This document shows positions 19,672 through 29,222 of a stretch of DNA of 64,000 nt, piece by piece. The stretch's first letter is position 1, and every line of letters starts with the position of its first letter. This DNA is from an uncultured Solirubrobacterales bacterium (GTDB lineage: Bacteria; Actinomycetota; Thermoleophilia; Solirubrobacterales; Solirubrobacteraceae), in the NCBI GenBank assembly GCA_963706565.1, contig CAVPMQ010000003.1, forward strand, positions 259,119-323,118, in the 5' to 3' direction. The position numbers were made by a program, and so were the translations under genes. The notes under the pieces were generated by a model. That model made no database searches. It was not told where the DNA came from and worked only from the letters and a program-made list of their open reading frames with translations.

Positions 19672-20561
19672 ACGAGCGCGTGGGCAGCGGCAGCTATTGG
19701 CGTACGTTCGCCGTGCCCGGGGTCGTGTGGCTGCTGTTGTTCGTGGTCGTCCCGGCCTATGCCGTGCTCGCAATGGCGACCGGCCGGGTCAACCTCCTGC
19801 TGCAGCCGATTCCGGCGTGGGATCCGACGACTTGGAACCCGGGGTACCTGTCCAAGGCATTCTCGGGGGCGATTCCCGGCGGCGAGTACTGGCCGGCCGT
19901 CCGCAACACGCTCGTGTACGTGGCGGCCTCGCTGGGCCTGTGCTTCGCGATCGGCTATCCGGTGGCCTATTACGTGGCCCGCCACGCCAAGCGCTCCAAG
20001 ACGCTGCTGGTCGTGCTGCTGGTGATCCCGTTCTGGGTGAGCTACCTGCTGCGGATGCTGGCCTGGATCGGGCTGCTGTCGACCGACGGCTACGTCAACA
20101 AGATCCTGATCGACCTGGGAATCGCGCACCCGCCCAACTGGCTCGACGGCAACGCCTACTCGGTGATCCTCGCGCTCGTCTACGGGTACATCCCGTACTT
20201 CATCCTGCCCGTGTTCGCCGGCCTGGATCGGATCGACCGCAGTCAGATCGAAGCGGCACGCGACCTCGGGGCGACTCCGTTTCAAGCGTGGCGGAAGGTG
20301 ACGCTGCCGCTCAGTCGTCCTGCGGTGCTCGCCGGCTCCGCACTGGTGGTGCTGCCGATGTTCGGCGACTACTACACCAACGACCTGATCTCCGCCTCGC
20401 CGCGCACGAACATGCTCGGCAACGAGATCAACCTGTTCATCCAGGGCGGCCCCCAGAAGAACCTCGGGGCGTCGTTGGTGATCGTGCTGATGGTGATCCT
20501 TTCGATCGGGATGCTCTATTACGTGCTGCAGACCACTCGCGACGCCCGGAGGTTCGCGTGA
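19668..20561 (+). CDS. potB: Polyamine-type ABC transporter permease (PotB-like)
   Basis: GYPVAY, IPFWVSYLLR and EAARDLGA (EAA motif). Confidence 0.88.
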   Translation: MNERVGSGSYWRTFAVPGVVWLLLFVVVPAYAVLAMATGRVNLLLQPIPAWDPTTWNPGYLSKAFSGAIPGGEYWPAVRNTLVYVAASLGLCFAIGYPVAYYVARHAKRSKTLLVVLLVIPFWVSYLLRMLAWIGLLSTDGYVNKILIDLGIAHPPNWLDGNAYSVILALVYGYIPYFILPVFAGLDRIDRSQIEAARDLGATPFQAWRKVTLPLSRPAVLAGSALVVLPMFGDYYTNDLISASPRTNMLGNEINLFIQGGPQKNLGASLVIVLMVILSIGMLYYVLQTTRDARRFA

Positions 20562-21525
20562 CCGCCACGCGTACGCCCGTGCCCGCGATCGAGTCCGCGG
20601 TGGCACCGCAACCGGCGCCGCGGCGGCACCTGCTCCCAGCGCGGCTGCGCAACCCGTGGGGACGGCCCCGGTTCATGGTCGCGCTCACCTGGCTGTATGT
20701 GATCTGGGCGCTGGTGCCGGTTGTTATCGCGATGCTGTTCTCGTTCAACAACGGGCGCTCGCGCAGCGTATGGCAGGGCTTCTCGATCCGGTGGTGGTGG
20801 GGCGACCCGAGCCTGTCGATCTTCCACGACCCCGACTACGTGCACGCGTTGGTCCACAGCCTGGAGCTGGCGGCGCTCGACATGCTGATAGCGGTGCCGC
20901 TGGGGGTGCTGCTGGCACTCGGGCTGTCCCGCTGGCGTGGCCGGGGCTCGGGCTTCGCCAACGGCCTGATGCTGGTGCCGCTGATCACGCCCGAGATCGT
21001 GATGGCCACGTCGCTGCTGCTGGTGTTCACGCAGCTCGCGCTGCTGCCGTTCACGCTCGTGCACCTCGGCACCCCGGCGCAGGTGATCGGTCAGGTGACG
21101 TTCTCGCTGTCCTACGTGGTGGTGATCGTCCGAGGACGGCTGGCCACGATCGGGTCCGAGTACGAGGAGGCGGCGCGAGACCTCGGCGCGACCCCGCTCG
21201 GGTCGTTGCGGCTGGTGCTGCTGCCGTTGCTGATGCCGGCGATCCTGGCCAGCACGCTGATCGTGTTCGCGCTGTCGATCGACGACTTCGTGGTCACGCA
21301 GTACATGTCGTCGAACTCGTCGACGACGACGATCCCGATGTACCTGTACGCCAACGCCCGCGGCGGCACGACCACGCCGGCGCTGAACGCGCTGGCGACG
21401 GTGCTGGTGCTGACGACGTTGGTCGGGATCGGGATCGCGTATCTGCTTTACACAATGTTCGGTCGCCGCGCGTCCACCGGGGACGTGTCGGCGATGCGGG
21501 AGCTTTCTGGATTGGAGACGGCGTG

Positions 21526-21526
<1 letters not shown>
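20558..21526 (+). CDS. potC: Polyamine-type ABC transporter permease (PotC-like)
   Basis: FSFN...W.GFS.RW, PEIV, EEAARDLGA and SIDDFVVT; GTG at 20558. Confidence 0.88.
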
Positions 21527-22638
<1,112 letters not shown>

Positions 22639-22648
22639 ACTGCTCCGC

Positions 22649-23794
22649 GTGAGCGTCGCTGAGCTGCTCGACGGCAAGCGTGTGTGCGTCTGCGCCGGCT
22701 CCGGCGGCGTGGGCAAGACGACGACCTCGGCGGCGATCGCGCTGGGGATGGCCGCGCGCGGGGCGAAGGTCGCGGTGGTCACGATCGACCCGGCCAAGCG
22801 CCTGGCCAACGCGCTCGGGCTCGAGGAGCTCCAGAACGAGCCGCGGCGGGTTGAGCCCGAGCGGCTGACCACATCGGGGCTGGAGATCTCCGGCGAGCTG
22901 TGGGCGATGATGCTCGACCCCAAGCGCACGTTCGACGAGCTGATCGAGCGGATCGCGCCCGACCCGGCCAAGGCCCAGGAGATCAAGGCCAACCGCGTCT
23001 ACCACGAGCTGTCCACCGCGGTCTCGGGCTCTCAGGAGTTCACGGCGGTGGCGAAGCTGTACGACCTCGCCCAAGCCGGCGACTTCGATCTGCTGGTGCT
23101 CGACACCCCGCCGTCGCGTAACGCGGTTGACTTCCTCGACGCGCCCGGCCGCCTGACCTCGTTTCTGGACGGGCGCGGCGTCAAGGCGTTCGTGCGGCCG
23201 ACCGGGCTCGGGATGCGCGTGCTCGGACGCGGCGCCTCGCCGCTGCTATCGGCGCTGCGCAAGGTGACCGGCGTCGACCTGCTCACCGATCTGAGCACGT
23301 TCTTCTCGCTGCTGGGCGACATGACCGACGACTTCAGCGAGCGCGCCGCGCAAGTCCAGAAGCTGTTGCGGGCCCGCACCACCGCGTTCCTGCTGGTGAC
23401 CTCGGCTCAGCGCGAGCCGATCGACGAGGCGATCTGGTTTCGGCGCACGCTCGAGCAAAGCCGGCTGCCGTTCGCCGGCGTGGTCGTCAACCGCGTCCAC
23501 CACGACCTGATGGGCGACACCGAGCCCAAGCACGTCGGCGCCGCGCTCGCCCGTCGGCTGAGCCCGGAGCTCGCCTCCAAGGTCGCCGCGAACTTCCTCG
23601 ACTACCACGTGCTGGCCCGCCGCGACCACGGCAACATCGGCCGCCTGGCCCGGGAGTTCGACGCCCAGCCGCTGCTGCTCGTGCCCCAGCTCGACGACGA
23701 TGTCCACGACGTCGAGGGCCTCCTACGCGTGCACCGCTACCTGTTCGCGCAGCGCGCCGAGCGCGACGCGCTTATCGACCAGGTCGTTGCCTAG
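22649..23794 (+). CDS. ArsA/GET3-family ATPase (Rv3680-like)
   Basis: CAGSGGVGKTT, TIDPAKRLANALG, LDTPPSRNA.DFLDAP and DDDVHD motifs. Confidence 0.9.
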   Translation: MSVAELLDGKRVCVCAGSGGVGKTTTSAAIALGMAARGAKVAVVTIDPAKRLANALGLEELQNEPRRVEPERLTTSGLEISGELWAMMLDPKRTFDELIERIAPDPAKAQEIKANRVYHELSTAVSGSQEFTAVAKLYDLAQAGDFDLLVLDTPPSRNAVDFLDAPGRLTSFLDGRGVKAFVRPTGLGMRVLGRGASPLLSALRKVTGVDLLTDLSTFFSLLGDMTDDFSERAAQVQKLLRARTTAFLLVTSAQREPIDEAIWFRRTLEQSRLPFAGVVVNRVHHDLMGDTEPKHVGAALARRLSPELASKVAANFLDYHVLARRDHGNIGRLAREFDAQPLLLVPQLDDDVHDVEGLLRVHRYLFAQRAERDALIDQVVA

Positions 23795-24387
23795 CCGGCG
23801 ACGCGCGTTCGGTCCTCGGCACGCGCGGCGGTAACGGTCACCTCGGTAGGGCCCGCGTCGATCCAGCTCGGCCACGACAGCAGCACCCGCTGCCAGTGGT
23901 CGCGGTCGACGGGCCGGTCGCCGCGGCACATCGCCAGGCTGCCCTGGTGAAGCAGCTCCCACACCGCCTGCTCGGTCACCGCGACGAGCTCTGAGGGACG
24001 GCGCTGCGGGTTGCGGACCGCGACCAGCTCCACGACCCCACGCAGCGGCAGCGGCGACGCCTCCGCGGCCGTCACGATGTCGCGCTTGAGCTCGTCGGCG
24101 GGCGACGGCCCGACCTGCCGGTCGGCCTCGCCGACCAGCGCCCCGGTCACGTCCTGTCCCTCGCGCACCGCATTGCCCCAGCCGCGCCCGAGACCGAGGT
24201 CGCCGGCCGCGAGCTCGGGCCCCTCGATGATTGTCAGCTTCGACTTCGCCGCCGACCAGCTGCGGTCCTGAAGCGCGATCGTGTTGCCGTTGACCCAGGG
24301 GTGCAGGATCCGGGCGTCCAACTCCTCGCGGGTGAGGTTGAAGGCGCGGGCGGTGTGCACGAACTGGCGAAGCTCGACGTGGAACAT
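23791..24387 (-). CDS. Hypothetical protein
   Basis: ATG at 24387 overlaps the ppa stop (TGATG); begins MFHVELRQF. Confidence 0.65.
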   Translation of the reverse strand: MFHVELRQFVHTARAFNLTREELDARILHPWVNGNTIALQDRSWSAAKSKLTIIEGPELAAGDLGLGRGWGNAVREGQDVTGALVGEADRQVGPSPADELKRDIVTAAEASPLPLRGVVELVAVRNPQRRPSELVAVTEQAVWELLHQGSLAMCRGDRPVDRDHWQRVLLSWPSWIDAGPTEVTVTAARAEDRTRVAG

Positions 24388-24896
24388 CAGCCGGCTGCGT
24401 GGGCGCGGTCGTCGCGGTACGCCGTCCGGGCCGCGTCGATCGTCTCCAGCGCCGCCGCCCGGTCCGCCCAACCCTTGACTTCGGAGAAGCGGTCCGGATC
24501 GAGGTCCTTGTAGATGTCGAAGAAGTGCTGGATCTCCGAGCGCAGCTGCCGCGGCAGGTCCTCGACGTCGCGCAACATGTTCCACCCCGGGTCGTTGCAG
24601 GGGACGCACACGACGTGGTCGTCGGGCCCCTTCTCGTCGGACATCCGGAACAGCCCGACCGGCAGCGCCGGAACCACGCAGCCCGGGAACGTGGGCTCGG
24701 ACACGCACACCAGCACGTCGAGCGGGTCGCCATCGGGGGCCAACGTCTCGGGCACGAACCCGTAATCCGTCGGGTACACGACCGACGCCGAGATGAACCG
24801 GTCCAGCTTGATCGCGCGGAGCGCCGGGTCGTACTCGTACTTGTTGCGGCTACCCCTGGGGATCTCGATCACGCATAGCAGCGGCTCGCCGCTCAT
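24387..24896 (-). CDS. ppa: Inorganic pyrophosphatase (family I)
   Basis: IEIPRGSRNKYEYD, YPTDYGF, DGDPLD and HFFDIYKDL motifs. Confidence 0.95.
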   Translation of the reverse strand: MSGEPLLCVIEIPRGSRNKYEYDPALRAIKLDRFISASVVYPTDYGFVPETLAPDGDPLDVLVCVSEPTFPGCVVPALPVGLFRMSDEKGPDDHVVCVPCNDPGWNMLRDVEDLPRQLRSEIQHFFDIYKDLDPDRFSEVKGWADRAAALETIDAARTAYRDDRAHAAG

Positions 24897-24906
24897 CGTC
24901 GGGTGA

Positions 24907-25128
24907 TCAGCTCATCTCGCCGCGGGCTACCGCGAGGCACGCCTCGCACCGCGGCCACGGCGGATTCCACGGATAGCCACTGACATCCTTGCCGCACAGC
25001 GCGGTGTCGGGATCCTCCTCGGTCACGAGGTGGCAGAGCTCCTCGAAGCCGTCCTCGTTGCGACCGGGGACGTTGATGCACTTCGGGTGGACGTTGGGGG
25101 CGATCGTCGGCCGGGTCGTGCTCGCCAT
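24907..25128 (-). CDS. Small Cys/His zinc-binding-like protein (DUF3039-like)
   Basis: CH...ALCGK...P.CEAC pattern; TATGCT 7 nt upstream of the ATG at 25128. Confidence 0.55.
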   Translation of the reverse strand: MASTTRPTIAPNVHPKCINVPGRNEDGFEELCHLVTEEDPDTALCGKDVSGYPWNPPWPRCEACLAVARGEMS

Positions 25129-25174
25129 CGCGATGAGCATAACTCCGGATGCATGGACCGCGCGTTAACCAGAA

Positions 25175-25196
25175 CGAGCGGGCTTTCGCCCGCTCG
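25175..25196. terminator. Perfect hairpin, probable terminator
   Basis: CGAGCGGGC-TTTC-GCCCGCTCG downstream of the 25263-26606 gene. Confidence 0.55.
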
Positions 25197-25262
25197 AAAC
25201 TGAAGATCGCGCTCCCCCTAACTACTTAAAAGCACCAGGTCTTACATGTCGTCGCCTGGCGG

Positions 25263-26606
25263 CTAGACACTCCCGGCCCCGCGTACGGGACCGAGTAGGG
25301 AGCGGTCTTCCCGAAAGGCTAGCGCCACCGTCTCTTCCGTGTCCTGCTGCGATCCGGGCACCGAGCCACGCTGGGCCGCCTCGACCAGGATCGAGTCAGC
25401 GACCGCGCGCAAGTCCGGATCCAGATGGCCGCAGAGGACGTCGCGCAGCAGCGCCCGCAGGTGCTCAGACAGCTCGTCGACCAGGGTGTCGATCCCGGAT
25501 TCGGTGACCGCCGTCCCGGCGATCGCGGCGCGCTCCAGCGAGCTCGCGCGGTTCGTCCGGTCGGCCAGCGTGTCCTGGTACTCGGGCGTCGCGCAGATCG
25601 CAGCCAGCCGCTTGGCGAGTAACCCGCTCTCTGGCCCCTCGGGCTCGAGCAACGCCCGCAGGGCCAGCAGGTAGTCGGTCAGCGCCTCGAACGGCGCCAG
25701 CCGCTCACAGCCCATCTCGAACCGGGCCAGTGCCCACGCGACCTCGCCGCTGCCCGGCGTGCGCCGCGCGATCAGGTTGCAGAACGCCCGCAGCTCATCC
25801 TCATGCTCGGCCGAGATGAACGTCACAAACCGTGGCCGGCCGCTGGCGCCGAGTGGGATCGGCCGCCAGGGTCCGGCGTCGGTCCGAGCCCAGGCGATCG
25901 GCCCCAGCGCATATCCGCCGCGTTCGAACAGCCGCAGCGCGGTCAGCGTCCGACGAAAGCGGATGCGAGCGCTGGACACCGGCGATCTCGCGCCGCGCTC
26001 CTGCGCGACGGTCAGCACCGCGAGCACGTGCGGCTCCTCCCCGTCGCCCCAGACCGCCTCCGCGGGCGCGTCGGGCAGCGCGTCTCCGCGGACCAGCGAC
26101 AGGCCCTCGCCGATCGGCAGCTCGTTCGTCGAATGCTCGAGCGCCAGCCCCAGCAGCGGCGCGATCACGGTCGCCACGCACCGGCCCTCGTACAGCGACC
26201 GCTCCAGCTCGGCGTACGCCAGCTCGAATCGCTCCCGGTCGAATTCGAACTCGCTGCGATCCGCGAACACCTGGGACAGCAACGAGCGCAAGGTCGCGTC
26301 CGCGCGCTCGCGGGGCTCGCCCGGGATCCGCGGCTCGCCCCGATGCGAGAGGTACGCCTCGACCCCGTCGAGGCTCGCCAGGGCCCGGGCTGCCGGCGCG
26401 TACGTCGGTAGGCGCGAGAGCAGCCCGACACGCTCGCGTATGAAAGCCCCGGTCAGCGGGCGGTAGCAGTACAGCGAGGCGTTGGCGCCGGGCTCCTCGA
26501 CAACCTCAAATGGGACCTCGGCCCCACGGGAAGTCTCCATCGCCAGCTGGCCGGCGGCGTCTGCGGCGAACGCCTCGATCGCCGCCTTGAGCGTTGGGTT
26601 GTGCAC
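25263..26606 (-). CDS. Hypothetical protein with HEPN/ApeA-like helical C-terminal region
   Basis: ALARF.MGCER...EALTDYLLALRALL...LAKRLAAI resembles ApeA-HEPN helices (from memory). Confidence 0.55.
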   Translation of the reverse strand: MHNPTLKAAIEAFAADAAGQLAMETSRGAEVPFEVVEEPGANASLYCYRPLTGAFIRERVGLLSRLPTYAPAARALASLDGVEAYLSHRGEPRIPGEPRERADATLRSLLSQVFADRSEFEFDRERFELAYAELERSLYEGRCVATVIAPLLGLALEHSTNELPIGEGLSLVRGDALPDAPAEAVWGDGEEPHVLAVLTVAQERGARSPVSSARIRFRRTLTALRLFERGGYALGPIAWARTDAGPWRPIPLGASGRPRFVTFISAEHEDELRAFCNLIARRTPGSGEVAWALARFEMGCERLAPFEALTDYLLALRALLEPEGPESGLLAKRLAAICATPEYQDTLADRTNRASSLERAAIAGTAVTESGIDTLVDELSEHLRALLRDVLCGHLDPDLRAVADSILVEAAQRGSVPGSQQDTEETVALAFREDRSLLGPVRGAGSV

Positions 26607-26700
26607 GCGGGCCGTTTCGTCTCCGGCCGGATTGGTCCTGCAGCGCGAACGCGAACTTGCAGCGGCCGGTGCCCGGGCTACCGGGCGTCGGTGGGGCTCA

Positions 26701-27897
26701 CTAGATGCCGCGCTGGAGCGCCAGCACCAACAGCACGACGGCGACCACGCCGGCCAGCACGACCACGGCCAGGTTGGTCGCCAGTGCGACCCTCAGCGCG
26801 CCGGGCGAGGGAGCCTGCTTGGGCTCGTCGGCGGGCGGCTCGGAGACGACGCTCTGCGCGGGGTCATCGGGTGTCAGCGTATCGACCGGTTCGTTAGCCG
26901 CAGGCGTCAACGACGTGGCGAGCGCATCTGTCACGTAGCGGTTGAGGCTTACTTCTTGGCGCTCGGCGGCGCGGGCCAGCTGCTCGTGGAGGTCGCTGGG
27001 CATCCGCACCAGGAATCGCCCGCTGTAGTTGGAGCCGTCCTTGTGCTTGCCCGGTCGAGTCGCCTGACTCTGCTGGTCTGCGCCCACGGCGGCGATTCTA
27101 GAGTTCGCCTGCCCGCTCGCGCGAGCTTTCGGACCCGGGCCCTTGGCGTTTGCCGGTTTGACGGGCGATCGAGGAGGAATAACGGGCGATATCACCGCTT
27201 CAGGGGTGATATCAGCGGGGTGGCCGTCGAGCTGCTCGCGGAGCTTGACAAGCGCCCCCTCGAGCAGCCGGGAGACGTGCGCCTGGGAGATCCCGACCGC
27301 ACGACCGATCTCGCGTTCGGTCATGTCCGCGTGAAAGCGCAGGAACACGATCCGGCGCTCGCGGTCGTCGAGCGCCCGCAGGCTGCCCGCCAGCAGCATC
27401 CGATCGTCGCTGGTGACCAGCGGTTGCGCGGTGTCGCTGCCCTCGAGCGGCTCATCGCTCGCCGGTGGCGTCACCGAATCAGCAGCCCGCTGGGCGGCCA
27501 GCGCTCGCTCTACCGCCGGCAGGTCGGCGTCGAGCGCCGTCGCGACCTCCTGGGTCGTCGGGAACCGACCGAGCTTGGTGGCGAGCTCTCCCTGGCGACG
27601 GCGGACCCGGCGGCTCATCCGAGCCACGTCGCGGGGGATCCGCACCGCGGAGACCCGATCGAGCAGGTGGCGGCGGATCTCGCCTTCGATCGCCGGCGTG
27701 ACGAACGTCGCGAACGCGACGCCGCGATCGGGGTCGAATCGGTCGGAGGCCCGTACGAGACCGATCGCGCCGACCTGGACGAGGTCGTCGAGCTCCTCTC
27801 CACGGCCCGCATACCGGCGTGCCACCGATCGGACAAGCGGCATGTGCCGGTCGATCAGAACCTGACGGGATTGCTTCTTTGCCCCTTTCACTGCCAC
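26701..27897 (-). CDS. SigB/SigF-family sigma factor fused to HicB/Arc-type RHH domain and C-terminal TM helix
   Basis: Region 2 LDDLVQVGAIGL..A.DRFDPDRG..FATF..P.IEGEIRRH; region 4 EREIGRAVGISQAHVSRL; RHH YSGRFLVRMPSDLHEQLARAAERQEVSLNRYV; hydrophobic tail LAVVVLAGVVAVVLLVLAL. Start uncertain (27891-27927). Confidence 0.85.
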   Translation of the reverse strand: MAVKGAKKQSRQVLIDRHMPLVRSVARRYAGRGEELDDLVQVGAIGLVRASDRFDPDRGVAFATFVTPAIEGEIRRHLLDRVSAVRIPRDVARMSRRVRRRQGELATKLGRFPTTQEVATALDADLPAVERALAAQRAADSVTPPASDEPLEGSDTAQPLVTSDDRMLLAGSLRALDDRERRIVFLRFHADMTEREIGRAVGISQAHVSRLLEGALVKLREQLDGHPADITPEAVISPVIPPRSPVKPANAKGPGPKARASGQANSRIAAVGADQQSQATRPGKHKDGSNYSGRFLVRMPSDLHEQLARAAERQEVSLNRYVTDALATSLTPAANEPVDTLTPDDPAQSVVSEPPADEPKQAPSPGALRVALATNLAVVVLAGVVAVVLLVLALQRGI

Positions 27898-28014
27898 ACC
27901 CCCATGTGGACCAGTATCACCCCTCAAACTAACAGGGATAGCACGACAAATGTCACTTTTGGTGGGGATCGGCGGGCTGGATCCTGGCGATAAAGAAGGG
28001 CAGGACGCAGGTTT

Positions 28015-29142
28015 ATGGCTTGTCGTAGAACGCGAAAGCTATGGGGGCATTGGGGTGTTCTGGCGTCGACCGCGACGCTGACGCTCCTATCGCTCGCCAT
28101 CCCCGGGATCGCCCAGGCCGCAAGCGCGGATGTCGCCGGCGCGGCCAGAGTCGCCATCCCCTCCGCGCCGGCCGTGCCGGCGGCCGCAGTCACGGCCGCC
28201 ACCTCCGCGCGCTCGATCGCGTCGACGGCGACCGCACATGCCTCCGCCGCGATGCCCGCCGCGCAGCCTGCCGCCGCTGCCGTCGCCGCCGCCGAGGCCG
28301 TCGCTCAGAAGGTCACTTCGAGTCCGTCCGCCGCCTCCGCAGTGAGCTCCCAGCCCTCGAGTCCGCAGGCTGTCGCCGGCGGCTCGAGCTCTTCGCCCCC
28401 ACCACCGCCCCCGGCCGTCCACTCCGGGTCCGCGTCTCAGCCGGACCCCAGTCCCGGATCGCTCGCCGACACGATCGTTCGCCACGTCGAGACCGAGGTC
28501 TCGGCCGCGATCCCGCACAACGTGCGGCCCGACTCGCCGGTCCCGTCCCAGATCAAGGCGATCGTGGCCGATCCCGTTTCGGTCGCGCATCAGGGCGCGC
28601 CCGTCACCGTGGTCGGCCCGAGCAGCGGCCGACGACACCGCGGGCCCAGCAGCTCGTGGCGCCCCGATCCGCGCTCGAGCTCGGGTCATGCGTCGGCGTC
28701 AAGGACACGGGCCGGCACGTTGCTCGCCGGCGCAGCCGCGCCCAGCGCGTGGCTCGCCGCGGCACCTGCGCCGCCCCAGTCAGCTTCGCTGTCAGCCACC
28801 GGAGACCGGCCGGGGGCGGTGGCGCCCCCCACCTCGGACGCGACCGGACCTCCGGGCTCCGGCGGCCACGCCCGCGACCACCTCCGCACCGGCTCTCGGG
28901 CTGGACGCGTTGACATCGCCACGCCGGTCGGCTCGTCGGCTCCGGCCACGGCGGCCGTGGCGCCGGCTGGATCTGAGGGCACGAGCTCGGGCGTCGGCGC
29001 AGGCGGCTCAGCGGCCGCGGCGGCGATCGTGGGGCTGGCTGGCCTCGGGCTGCTGCGGGCGTTGCTGCCGGGGCTGCTCACGCTCGACATCTTTCCCTGG
29101 CAGTCCACGCTCCGGGCCATGCGGCTCGAGCGCCCTGGCTAG
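28015..29142 (+). CDS. Exported Ala/Pro/Ser-rich protein with C-terminal hydrophobic segment ending LERPG
   Basis: N-terminal signal peptide (..LLSLAIPGIAQA), low-complexity body, AAAIVGLAGLGLLRALL segment. Confidence 0.65.
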   Translation: MACRRTRKLWGHWGVLASTATLTLLSLAIPGIAQAASADVAGAARVAIPSAPAVPAAAVTAATSARSIASTATAHASAAMPAAQPAAAAVAAAEAVAQKVTSSPSAASAVSSQPSSPQAVAGGSSSSPPPPPPAVHSGSASQPDPSPGSLADTIVRHVETEVSAAIPHNVRPDSPVPSQIKAIVADPVSVAHQGAPVTVVGPSSGRRHRGPSSSWRPDPRSSSGHASASRTRAGTLLAGAAAPSAWLAAAPAPPQSASLSATGDRPGAVAPPTSDATGPPGSGGHARDHLRTGSRAGRVDIATPVGSSAPATAAVAPAGSEGTSSGVGAGGSAAAAAIVGLAGLGLLRALLPGLLTLDIFPWQSTLRAMRLERPG

Positions 29143-29143
29143 C

Positions 29144-29202
29144 TGAGCTGTCGGTTTCGACAGTCCCATCGCCCTGCTCGACCTGAGCGGGCGAACAGCT
29201 CA
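29144..29202 (+). promoter_or_regulatory. Structured intergenic leader with mutually exclusive pairings upstream of the RBS
   Basis: CTGTCG/CGACAG hairpin competes with TGAGCTGT/ACAGCTCA; inner TCGCCC.GCTC/GAGC.GGGCGA stem; AAGGAG RBS just downstream. Confidence 0.45.
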
Positions 29203-29222
29203 AGTCAAGGAGAAACACAGCA

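Noticed and set aside
26920-27030. HicB antitoxin / toxin-antitoxin module
   Set aside because: Only the RHH part is present, in frame within the sigma ORF, and there is no HicA-like toxin nearby.
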